In this document: positions 35,035 to 42,406 of the stretch, in pieces | Layout: each line of letters opens with the position of its first letter | Position numbering within the stretch: position 1 is the first letter of the stretch | From: Candidatus Thorarchaeota archaeon | Lineage (GTDB): Archaea; Asgardarchaeota; Thorarchaeia; Thorarchaeales; Thorarchaeaceae | Length of the DNA stretch: 42,406 nt | Assembly (NCBI GenBank): GCA_048884945.1 | Contig: JBHLQJ010000002.1 | Location: 1-42,406, forward strand | Reading direction: 5' to 3' | Position numbers and translations under genes: made by a program | The notes under the pieces: model-generated | What the model was told of the DNA's origin: nothing | The model's database searches: none | What the model saw: only the letters and a program-made list of their open reading frames with translations

Positions 35035-37200
35035 ATGGATAACAACAAATCAGCGGTACTCATCTGCACCTGTGGTAAACAGCTCCAGTTGGGATTTGAC
35101 TTCCTAGAAACTCAGATCAAAAAGATGAACTTAGCTTCTTCTGTGGATGTTCATGATCTTGTCTGTCAAGAAGAAGGTCTGGTCAAAATTGCAGAACTCC
35201 TAAAGACAAGTGATGGAAGACTCGTGATTGCTGCATGCTCCAGCCAGAAAATTCAACCACGAATTGATCATTATCTTGACTCAAAGGGTATAAACAGCTC
35301 CCAGATTCAGTATACGAACATTCGAGAGCACTCAGCATGGGTGCATAAAGACTTGGATGAAGCAAACAAAAAATCTGTAGATATGATTAGCGGCACGCTT
35401 GCAAGGTCTGCAAATTCCACAAAGCGCGTATTAGAACAAAAACAAATTTCTACGCACGTCACGGTAATAGGAGGTGGAATTGCAGGTGTTGAATCTGCGC
35501 TTAGCCTTTCAAACCTTGGTTACAAGGTCTCTCTAATAGAACTCACCGATGAGCTAGGAGGACATGTCAAGAGTCTTCCTGTGGTTGCTCCCACAGGTAA
35601 GTCAGGCAAGGAGATACTTAGTGGTCGATTAGAAGCACTTCAAAGTGATGATAATATTCAGATAATGATTAAGACAAAGGTCAGGTACGTTACAGGCGAG
35701 ATGGGTAACTTTGTAGTTCACTATTCATCTGAGAAAGACGAAGAGAAGACTTTGGAAACCGCTGCTATAGTATTAGCTAACGGATTCAAAGAATTCAAAC
35801 CAACATCTATGGAAGAGTATCATTACGGGAAGAATCCAAATGTCATCACCCAGTTTGAGCTTTCATGTATGCTCTCTGAAGGCGAACTTGTTCGACCATC
35901 TGATGGAAATCCGGTCAAAGATGTAGTAATGGTGCAGTGTGTTGGTAGTAGGGACGAGAACTACAAGAAAGACTGCAGTAAGTTATGCTGCACATTTGCT
36001 ATTGACAACTCTCTTGAAATCCTCAAGAGGATACCCGAAGCCAATGTCAGGATAGTCTACATGGACATCAGAGTCCCGTTCGAAAACGAGATGATATACA
36101 AAGAGTCTCGTGAGAAGGGCATTGACTATATTCGAGGCCGAATTAGTATGACCTGGGAAAAAGATGACTCTACATATGTGCGAATCTATGATTCTTTGCT
36201 TGACAAGTATCTTGAAACAACTGTGGATCTATTGGTCCTCTCGTCAGCAGTACTCCCCCCTGATGGGATTTCTGAGCTTTCCGAAACCTTAGGATACGCC
36301 GTCGAAGAGGATGGCCATGTGAAGGAACTCTATGGCAAACTAAGAAGGAATGAAACCCGTCGTCGTGGCGTTGTTGCGGTAGGAGGAGTCACACGTCCTC
36401 AATTTGTGTTTGAAGCAGTGACAGATGCCCAAGCTGGTGCGCTCATCATTCATAATGAACTCCAGAGCGGAGAGATTCAGTCTATTGCACGAGGTGCAGT
36501 TCTAGATGTGGATGATTGTGTTGGCTGCAGTCTCTGTGCTCAGCAGTGTCCACGCGGAGTTCCACTAATGATTGAACAGACAGAAGTTGAAGAAGCTGAC
36601 GAGGAACAAAAAATACTGTTCAAGGCTTCAATTGACACTCTAAATTGTCACTCCTGTGGAGTATGTCAGAGCTTGTGTCCTTCAGGTGCTACTCAGCTTA
36701 ATTTTCTATCTAACGAGCAACTCTGGTCTGAAATTGATGCCACGCTAGAAGGTGCAGGTTCTGAATATCCAATCACACTTTGCTTCTACTGCGAAGAGTG
36801 TTCTGTGTCTACAATTGACATTGTTGGTACCAGAAGAATGGAATACCCAGCTAGCACACGCCTAATTCCAGTTCCTTGTGCAGGTAGAATAAGCATCATC
36901 GACATCCTCAAGGCATTTGAGAATGGTGCCAGCACCGTAATGATAGCAGCTTGTGAGAAAGACCGATGTCATATAGGTGGAACTGGTAACGAAATTGCTC
37001 AGGTACAGGTAGATGTTGCCCAAGACATTTTGAAAGCTATTGGATGGGAGGGCAAACGTGTTGGTATGTTTAGGATGTTCAGCGCAGAGCCTGAACGCTT
37101 CACGAATGCAGTCAATGAAATGGTGAAACGTGCTAAGGAGCTAGGCCCCACCCCGGTTCATGAAGGCACTGCAGGGAAGTGGATGGAGGTGACTGAATGA
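35035..37200 (+). CDS. hdrA: HdrA fused to a C-terminal MvhD-like domain
   Basis: N-terminal Cys domain (LICTCG), VIGGGIAGVESAL, MVQCVGSRDENYKKDCSKLCC, and ferredoxin motifs CVGCSLCAQQCP and CHSCGVCQSLCP. The MvhD-like tail is LCFYCEEC...VPCAGRI...MIAACEKDRCH. Confidence 0.8.
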   Translation: MDNNKSAVLICTCGKQLQLGFDFLETQIKKMNLASSVDVHDLVCQEEGLVKIAELLKTSDGRLVIAACSSQKIQPRIDHYLDSKGINSSQIQYTNIREHSAWVHKDLDEANKKSVDMISGTLARSANSTKRVLEQKQISTHVTVIGGGIAGVESALSLSNLGYKVSLIELTDELGGHVKSLPVVAPTGKSGKEILSGRLEALQSDDNIQIMIKTKVRYVTGEMGNFVVHYSSEKDEEKTLETAAIVLANGFKEFKPTSMEEYHYGKNPNVITQFELSCMLSEGELVRPSDGNPVKDVVMVQCVGSRDENYKKDCSKLCCTFAIDNSLEILKRIPEANVRIVYMDIRVPFENEMIYKESREKGIDYIRGRISMTWEKDDSTYVRIYDSLLDKYLETTVDLLVLSSAVLPPDGISELSETLGYAVEEDGHVKELYGKLRRNETRRRGVVAVGGVTRPQFVFEAVTDAQAGALIIHNELQSGEIQSIARGAVLDVDDCVGCSLCAQQCPRGVPLMIEQTEVEEADEEQKILFKASIDTLNCHSCGVCQSLCPSGATQLNFLSNEQLWSEIDATLEGAGSEYPITLCFYCEECSVSTIDIVGTRRMEYPASTRLIPVPCAGRISIIDILKAFENGASTVMIAACEKDRCHIGGTGNEIAQVQVDVAQDILKAIGWEGKRVGMFRMFSAEPERFTNAVNEMVKRAKELGPTPVHEGTAGKWMEVTE

Positions 37201-39461
37201 GTCAACTAACATCAGAGAAAGTAATTGCTCCTAAAAGACAGCGCATGCTGGACATGATTCTGGCTCTTGGTGGACTCAAAGAAGAGGCGACAATTCCACT
37301 CAGTAAGGTCAAGGAAGAGATTGACAATCTGAAGAAAGAATTGGCACCATTGACCGACGCCATCCTTGCATTTCCCGACTCTTATTATGAGAAATTCTTG
37401 AATACAATTGAGAAACGAAATACTGTTTCTGAGATACACGATCGGGGAATTCTCAAAAAAGCCATCTCGGATCTTGATATAGTATCATCAAAAGCCGAAT
37501 CCAAATCCCTTGAAGGACTAAAAGAGTTGCTCACAATTGCTCTAAGTAGAATGGCTGAGGTTGAAGAAACACAGGGCCCTTCTATCGAGATAGATATGGC
37601 TACGAACCTTTCCAAACTCGCTGACTTGGTATCAGAAATAGAATCAATCACAGAAGGGTTTGAGAAGAAAGCAGAATCAGAAGCAAAGTCCGCACAGGCT
37701 GAGCTTGTGTCCTTGGTCGAAAATCTCAATGCAGCAAAATCAATGGCTGAAAATGACCCTGAAACCACTCTAGATGAGCTCCAAACCATTGGTTCTAAAA
37801 CAAGGTATGGCCCTGGACTAAGAGCTATCGCTCAAGTCAAACGAGGAAAGCGAGAGGGGCGAATTGACGACTCTCGGTTCCACGCACTCGTTATAGAAAA
37901 CATGCTCACTGAAGCAAATCGCGGGATGATAATGTTCATTCTTGGAAAAATGGGTTCAAAGACGGTCACTCAGATAGGAGAGCTCATGCAGACCACTCCC
38001 CAAACAATACAGAACGCTATTGTTACCATGATTCAGAGAGGTGAAGTTGAGATGGTCGGTCTTGATGGAAGCGCTCCCGTATTCTCCAAGGTTCTCACCG
38101 AAATACCCAACTCGACTCTGGCCATGAAAAGAATCGTACAACAGGTTCGTGGAATGGTCAAGTCACTTGAGCATAATCTGGTTGACAGTGCAAACACATC
38201 ACTTGAAAAATTACAAACATTACTAGAACGACTGCAAATACTGGGAACTTACGAAGAGAGTGAGCTTTCAGAACCAATGAACAAGCTACGAGAGCTTGTT
38301 GATAATACCACTCAAGCAGTTCTCACCACCCAGACAACTGATGATGCTAAAAACCTACGACTTCTAGTTTCAGCAGGTCTTGAGGCTTTTGCACGTTTTC
38401 GTCTGAAAATCGCCTTGGAGAAGGGTCCAAATCTCGTGTCTGGAACAAATGTCTACGGAGAAAAACTCAATCCTGAAGTCTACCAGACTATGATGGACTC
38501 TTATCTTGAGAATGAGCTTGAAAGAGGGACAATCCTAATTCTGATAAGAGAACTAGGCGCCCTCACAGCACATGACCTTGCTGAGAGAACAAATATTCCG
38601 CAGGACAGGATTCTCAGGCATCTGCTACGAATGAAACGTGATGAGCTTCTCACCATAGCTGGTGAGAGCCATGGCTATGTACTCTATGATGTACCTAGAA
38701 CACCATCAGAAGCTGAAATCACCATTCAAACAACCTGCTCCCTTGCTCTACAACTCTCTGAAGCCACGATAGAGTTACAGAGAATTTTGAGCGAATTGAA
38801 AGCGTCTGATATTGGGAAGCTAGCTAACTCTCTAGAAGTCTTTTCAAAGGCTCGCGATAAACTGGCAACAGTTCGTGTGAGTGGCGCTGTGATTGATGAA
38901 ACCACATTGAACGAAGTCGAGGACAAAATACGGTCAGCCCTCTTGCTTACTTATCGAACTCGCGCAAAGATACCCAGCACAAGGCCAAAGGTCTCGATTG
39001 AGGACCTAGCAGATGTTGATGTACCATCAGTCCTTGATGAGTATAGAAACCAGATGGGTTATGCGCCTTTGCTCGGATTTGGAACAATTGAATGGGAGCA
39101 ATCAAGGTGTCTCGGCTGCAAATCTTGTGAGATTGCATGTCCCGAGGATGCGATTGAGTTAGAACCTCGAATCGAGATTTCCAAGTTTTTTGAAATCTCT
39201 GATGAAGCCCTCTCTCAATTACCATCCAATCGGTCCATTTTGTACAAGACTGTGCAAAACCTTGCGAAGACAAAACCCTCAAAAGAAATTCTCCTCGCGA
39301 ACGATGCACCAGGATTTGGATCAATTGAAGTGGATCTCTGGCTTTGTGTTGCCTGTCGTACCTGTGTCAGGAGATGTCCAGGACCTGAAGGTGGAGCTTT
39401 AGAACTAGAGTTAAAGTGGAACCTGCCAGAAGTTGTAAGACACATAACATCAACCTCATAG
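37197..39461 (+). CDS. unrecognised 754-aa protein: helical repeats, two winged-helix-like modules and a split C-terminal 2x[4Fe-4S] domain
   Basis: ATG overlaps the hdrA::mvhD stop (ATGA) after GGAGGTGA. wHTH-like segments are MIMFILGKMGSKTVTQIGELMQTTPQTIQNAIVTMIQRGEVEMVG and ILILIRELGALTAHDLAERTNIPQDRILRHLLRMKRDELL. Fe-S motifs are CLGCKSCEIACP and CVACRTCVRRCP. Confidence 0.7.
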   Translation: MSQLTSEKVIAPKRQRMLDMILALGGLKEEATIPLSKVKEEIDNLKKELAPLTDAILAFPDSYYEKFLNTIEKRNTVSEIHDRGILKKAISDLDIVSSKAESKSLEGLKELLTIALSRMAEVEETQGPSIEIDMATNLSKLADLVSEIESITEGFEKKAESEAKSAQAELVSLVENLNAAKSMAENDPETTLDELQTIGSKTRYGPGLRAIAQVKRGKREGRIDDSRFHALVIENMLTEANRGMIMFILGKMGSKTVTQIGELMQTTPQTIQNAIVTMIQRGEVEMVGLDGSAPVFSKVLTEIPNSTLAMKRIVQQVRGMVKSLEHNLVDSANTSLEKLQTLLERLQILGTYEESELSEPMNKLRELVDNTTQAVLTTQTTDDAKNLRLLVSAGLEAFARFRLKIALEKGPNLVSGTNVYGEKLNPEVYQTMMDSYLENELERGTILILIRELGALTAHDLAERTNIPQDRILRHLLRMKRDELLTIAGESHGYVLYDVPRTPSEAEITIQTTCSLALQLSEATIELQRILSELKASDIGKLANSLEVFSKARDKLATVRVSGAVIDETTLNEVEDKIRSALLLTYRTRAKIPSTRPKVSIEDLADVDVPSVLDEYRNQMGYAPLLGFGTIEWEQSRCLGCKSCEIACPEDAIELEPRIEISKFFEISDEALSQLPSNRSILYKTVQNLAKTKPSKEILLANDAPGFGSIEVDLWLCVACRTCVRRCPGPEGGALELELKWNLPEVVRHITSTS

Positions 39462-39493
39462 CTTGACCATTGAATCACTCCATTGCCCTTTAG

Positions 39494-39513
39494 CAATTGA
39501 CTTATACAATTGA
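39494..39513 (+). promoter_or_regulatory. candidate promoter/operator of the acyl-CoA dehydrogenase gene
   Basis: Two CAATTGA motifs (39494-39500, 39507-39513) bracket a TATA-like CTTATAC about 45 nt upstream of the ATG at 39552. Confidence 0.25.
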
Positions 39514-39551
39514 GAAGATGTCAGAAACTGCAAATCCTTTGAGGGAGCACA

Positions 39552-40751
39552 ATGGTTGACTTCAGACTGACACATAACCAACAGGAGCTACAGAATAGAG
39601 CTAGAAAGTTTGCACAAGAATATATGATTCCCTATGCGCATTACTATGACAAAACCGGAGAATTTCCACGTCCAATAATTCAGAAATGCTGGGAGGAAGG
39701 ACTCATGAATTTGTCCATCCCAAAGGAGTATGGAGGTCCCGGCTTGGGCTCAATCGAACAATGTATCACAGTGGAAGAAATGGCGGCTGGGTGCGCAGGA
39801 ATGACCACTAGCATTTATGTAAATACATTAGGTGCTGAACCAATACTTGTAGCTGGGACGAATGAACAAAAGGAGAAGTATCTACGTCCACTTACTGAAG
39901 ACCTCAAATTCGTCAGTTTTGCATGTTCCGAACCAGGCATGGGTTCAGATGTTGCTGGAATACAGACTCGGGTAAAGAAAGAGGGAAGTAACTATGTGCT
40001 CAATGGTTCAAAGTTTTGGATAACAAATGCGCCTCATGCAGATTATTTCACAGTCTTTGCAAGCCTTGATCCAAGCCAGCGGCATAAAGCTCTTTGCGCT
40101 TTTATTGTAGATGCAGATACTCCAGGGGTCAAAACAGGTCGTCCTGTTGAAAAGATGGGGCATAGAGCATCTACTACCTCTTCTGTCATGTTTCGTGACG
40201 CCAAAGTGCCTGAGGAAAACATCTTGGGCAGTGAGGGGAAAGGCTTTGGAATCGCTATGAAGACTTTCGCTATGACTCGACCATCGATTGCCGCCTTTGC
40301 AACTGGCTTGGCACGAGCTGCTATGGAATATGCAAGGGACTATGTCAACAAACGAGATGTGTTTACTCAAAAACTACGAGAATTTGAAGTGACTCAGTTC
40401 AAATTAGCAGAAATGTACATGAAAATAGAGGCTTCAAGAGCACTATACTTGAAGGCTGCATGGACAACAGATAATGTTGGAGATGCCACGGTCCCTGCAA
40501 GTGTGGCAAAAGCATACGCCACTGATGCAGCCATGGAAATAGCAAGTGAGGCTCTTCAAATCCATGGCGGATATGGATATATTGACCAATATCCGCTCGA
40601 GAAGCTCTTCAGAGATGCGAAACTCTACCAGATTTATGAGGGGACCAGCGAGGTACAAAGACTCATTCTTGGTCGTCATGTCCTAAGTGGATATGAACCT
40701 GCCATGGATAAGATACCAAAGTGGTATAATGAAAAACCTCCAGATTTCTAG
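39552..40751 (+). CDS. acyl-CoA dehydrogenase (short/medium-chain type)
   Basis: ACSEPGMGSD, FWITNA, QIHGGYGY and YQIYEGTSEVQRLI (catalytic Glu region) motifs. 399 aa. GAGGGAG SD. Confidence 0.9.
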   Translation: MVDFRLTHNQQELQNRARKFAQEYMIPYAHYYDKTGEFPRPIIQKCWEEGLMNLSIPKEYGGPGLGSIEQCITVEEMAAGCAGMTTSIYVNTLGAEPILVAGTNEQKEKYLRPLTEDLKFVSFACSEPGMGSDVAGIQTRVKKEGSNYVLNGSKFWITNAPHADYFTVFASLDPSQRHKALCAFIVDADTPGVKTGRPVEKMGHRASTTSSVMFRDAKVPEENILGSEGKGFGIAMKTFAMTRPSIAAFATGLARAAMEYARDYVNKRDVFTQKLREFEVTQFKLAEMYMKIEASRALYLKAAWTTDNVGDATVPASVAKAYATDAAMEIASEALQIHGGYGYIDQYPLEKLFRDAKLYQIYEGTSEVQRLILGRHVLSGYEPAMDKIPKWYNEKPPDF

Positions 40752-40771
40752 GATAATTGGGAGATTCTGCT

Positions 40772-41146
40772 ATGATTGTTAAGAAACTAAATGATCTCAA
40801 ACAAATTGTTGCACTTGATGACACAATAATACGAGAGATACTCAATCCTAAGCATACAAAAGACACACTACATCTTGGATACAGTCTGGCACACGCAACT
40901 CTCCCGCCAAAGAAAGTTTCACTCCCACATCGGTTCAAGACAGCCTCAGAGGTCTATTACATCCTCAACGGAAATGGTCTCATGCATATTGACACCGAAA
41001 CGGAAAGGGTAGGACCTGGTGATACTATCTATATCCCACCAATGGCAGTTCAATCTATCGAAAATATTGGAAATACAAATCTGGAGTTCCTGTGTATCGT
41101 CTATCCTGAGTGGCAACCTGATGCTGAGGAACTTGTTCGCTCTTAA
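40772..41146 (+). CDS. cupin-domain protein
   Basis: HRFKTASEVYYILNGNGLMHID...VGPGDTIYIPPMAVQSIENIG is a two-motif cupin pattern. ATG at 40772 follows GGGAG. Confidence 0.7.
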   Translation: MIVKKLNDLKQIVALDDTIIREILNPKHTKDTLHLGYSLAHATLPPKKVSLPHRFKTASEVYYILNGNGLMHIDTETERVGPGDTIYIPPMAVQSIENIGNTNLEFLCIVYPEWQPDAEELVRS

Positions 41147-41265
41147 AATGAATCAAACAAATCGCTTAACACGAGGGTGGCGTTTCTGAATAGAATTACC
41201 AATCGAGTGTTTTGCGAACTCGACGCATTGTGTCTTTTCAGGAAAATAATTGCTCACAAATTAGT

Positions 41266-41742
41266 TCAACCATTTGAAGTATGAGCTCTCCACTGATTCT
41301 CTATCCACTGTTCCAATCCAACTTTTTCTATCGCCTTCAAGTTTTCAATGGTCTTCCACTTAATTATACCGGGCTTGCTCTTGAGATTCGAACACGGGAA
41401 ACTTGCACATTCACTACATAATGAGAAACCCCTTTCGAAGCAACATTTTCTGATATCACACCTTTCCTTCTCTTCTTTCGAATAATCAGGGATTTCAGCT
41501 TTGCATCCTGAACAAATCTTTGATTCTGCTAGTATTTGCAGCCCTCGCGAAAAGTTCTCGCCATCAACACCCTCCACTTGAAGTTGCTTCACGAACCCGC
41601 CATACTCTTGGAACATGTCGAGAGCAGCTTGTGCAGTCTTTCTTATTTTTCCTGAATGCCAATCACAAGTGTGACAATATGAACCGCAGAACGAAATGTA
41701 TCTCCTCTTCTCTTCCTCGTACCTCACCCACTGAGTCACCAT
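41266..41742 (-). CDS. Cys-rich DUF3795-like protein
   Basis: CGSYCHTCDW...CSGCKAE...CDIRKCCFERGFSLCSECASFPCSNL. The Cys spacing resembles DUF3795. Confidence 0.5.
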   Translation of the reverse strand: MVTQWVRYEEEKRRYISFCGSYCHTCDWHSGKIRKTAQAALDMFQEYGGFVKQLQVEGVDGENFSRGLQILAESKICSGCKAEIPDYSKEEKERCDIRKCCFERGFSLCSECASFPCSNLKSKPGIIKWKTIENLKAIEKVGLEQWIENQWRAHTSNG

Positions 41743-42016
41743 CCGATATCTATGAACTTACTCTAGGATAAATTCAGCTCACTATGCAACCGTCTAAGCA
41801 TTTTTACTCGGGCTTGTCTATTTTCGTCATAGGAAGGGTGGAACACAGGAGTTGAAGGTTACAGTGGAAGTTCACTCAACATCTTCTGAAACCTGACACA
41901 GATCGGTGCACGCAATCAAAAACTTAGGGTCTTGGTTGCATACTCTCCTAACTGAAAGATTATATGTTGGCTCGGATGAGCCCATTCATTAACTACATTT
42001 AGGCGATTGAAGAATA

Positions 42017-42406
42017 ATGCCACCCAAAGACATGAACATCATCGTATACGGCTGCATGCAATGTATGTACGCTGCGTCCGACCTCGCAGGAACGATGAAG
42101 TTGCAGTACGACATCACGAGTAGGATTATCCGAATGCCCTGCACCGCGCGACTGGACATTAACTTCTTACTCAAAGCGCTACAGGAGGGGGCGGATGGCG
42201 TACTAGTTGTGGGGTGTCATCCCGGGGACTGTGCATACAAAACAGGAAATCTGGGAGCTGAGCGTAGGGTCCGGTTTACAAGAAAATTGGTTGGTCAGTT
42301 AGGTCTGAACGAGGACCGTGTGAAGATGGTGTTCGTGTCAGCAGCCGAAGGTGACAAGTTTGCGGCAGAGGTCAACAAGTTCGCTGAGGAGATCCGAAAG
42401 ATTGGC
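42017..42406 (+). CDS. mvhD: stand-alone MvhD/FlpD-like protein (runs off window end)
   Basis: My own translation is MPPKDMNIIVYGCMQCMYAASDLAGTMKLQYDITSRIIRMPCTARLDINFLLKALQEGADGVLVVGCHPGDCAYKTGN.... The frame has no stop before the window end, which is probably why it is absent from the track. Confidence 0.75.
   Translation, partial: MPPKDMNIIVYGCMQCMYAASDLAGTMKLQYDITSRIIRMPCTARLDINFLLKALQEGADGVLVVGCHPGDCAYKTGNLGAERRVRFTRKLVGQLGLNEDRVKMVFVSAAEGDKFAAEVNKFAEEIRKIG

Noticed and set aside
41840-41885. GTGGAAC / AGTGGAAGTTCAC repeats upstream of the stand-alone mvhD as a second ORB cluster
   Set aside because: Only half-site similarity is present. There is no full TTCCAGTGGA core, no adjacent initiator gene and no A/T-rich unwinding element.
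1-42406. CRISPR arrays, IS elements, integrases, toxin-antitoxin or known defence genes
   Set aside because: I scanned intergenic regions and ORF translations. I found no regularly spaced repeats, no transposase or integrase motifs and no recognisable defence-system proteins. HerA-NurA here sits in a housekeeping context.

Overview
This is a gene-dense chromosomal segment of an archaeon, with about 50 CDS and 2 tRNAs. GC is roughly 40% by my spot counts. Genes sit in tightly packed operons led by Shine-Dalgarno sites (GGAGG/GAGGTGA), and many are translationally coupled through ATGA or TTGA overlaps.

Most of the content is information processing:
- DNA repair and replication: NurA-HerA, a catalytically degenerate RecJ/Cdc45-like protein, PolD small subunit, Orc1/Cdc6 next to a candidate origin, two tandem PCNA paralogs, PriS and a GINS subunit.
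- tRNA modification: the KEOPS genes kae1, bud32 and pcc1.
- Translation: ribosomal proteins uS15 and eS1.
- RNA processing: an Sm protein and FAU-1.
- Exosome/RNA polymerase block: METTL5-like methylase, Csl4, RpoL and an RNase III-like ORF, followed by TFS.

PolD, Orc1, eukaryote-like GTPase/roadblock genes and a non-canonical tRNA intron together suggest a TACK/Asgard-type lineage. That is inference only.

I saw no CRISPR array, transposase, integrase or long nucleotide repeat.

The items most worth follow-up are:
1. An hdrC-hdrB-hdrA'-hdrA::mvhD operon translationally coupled to an unrecognised 754-aa protein (two winged-helix modules plus a split 2x[4Fe-4S] domain). An acyl-CoA dehydrogenase follows it, and no hydrogenase is present in the window.
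2. A three-gene operon of a tandem-roadblock (MglB-like) protein, an orphan protein and an MglA-like GTPase.
3. A tRNA-Ser(CGA) with a 32-nt intron in the T-arm that has good bulge-helix-bulge geometry.
4. Two tandem PCNA genes, about 66% identical.
5. A mini-ORB-like origin candidate upstream of orc1/cdc6.
6. A 48-aa zinc-ribbon ORF missing from the ORF track.

All calls come from by-eye motif recognition. No database search or computation was possible.
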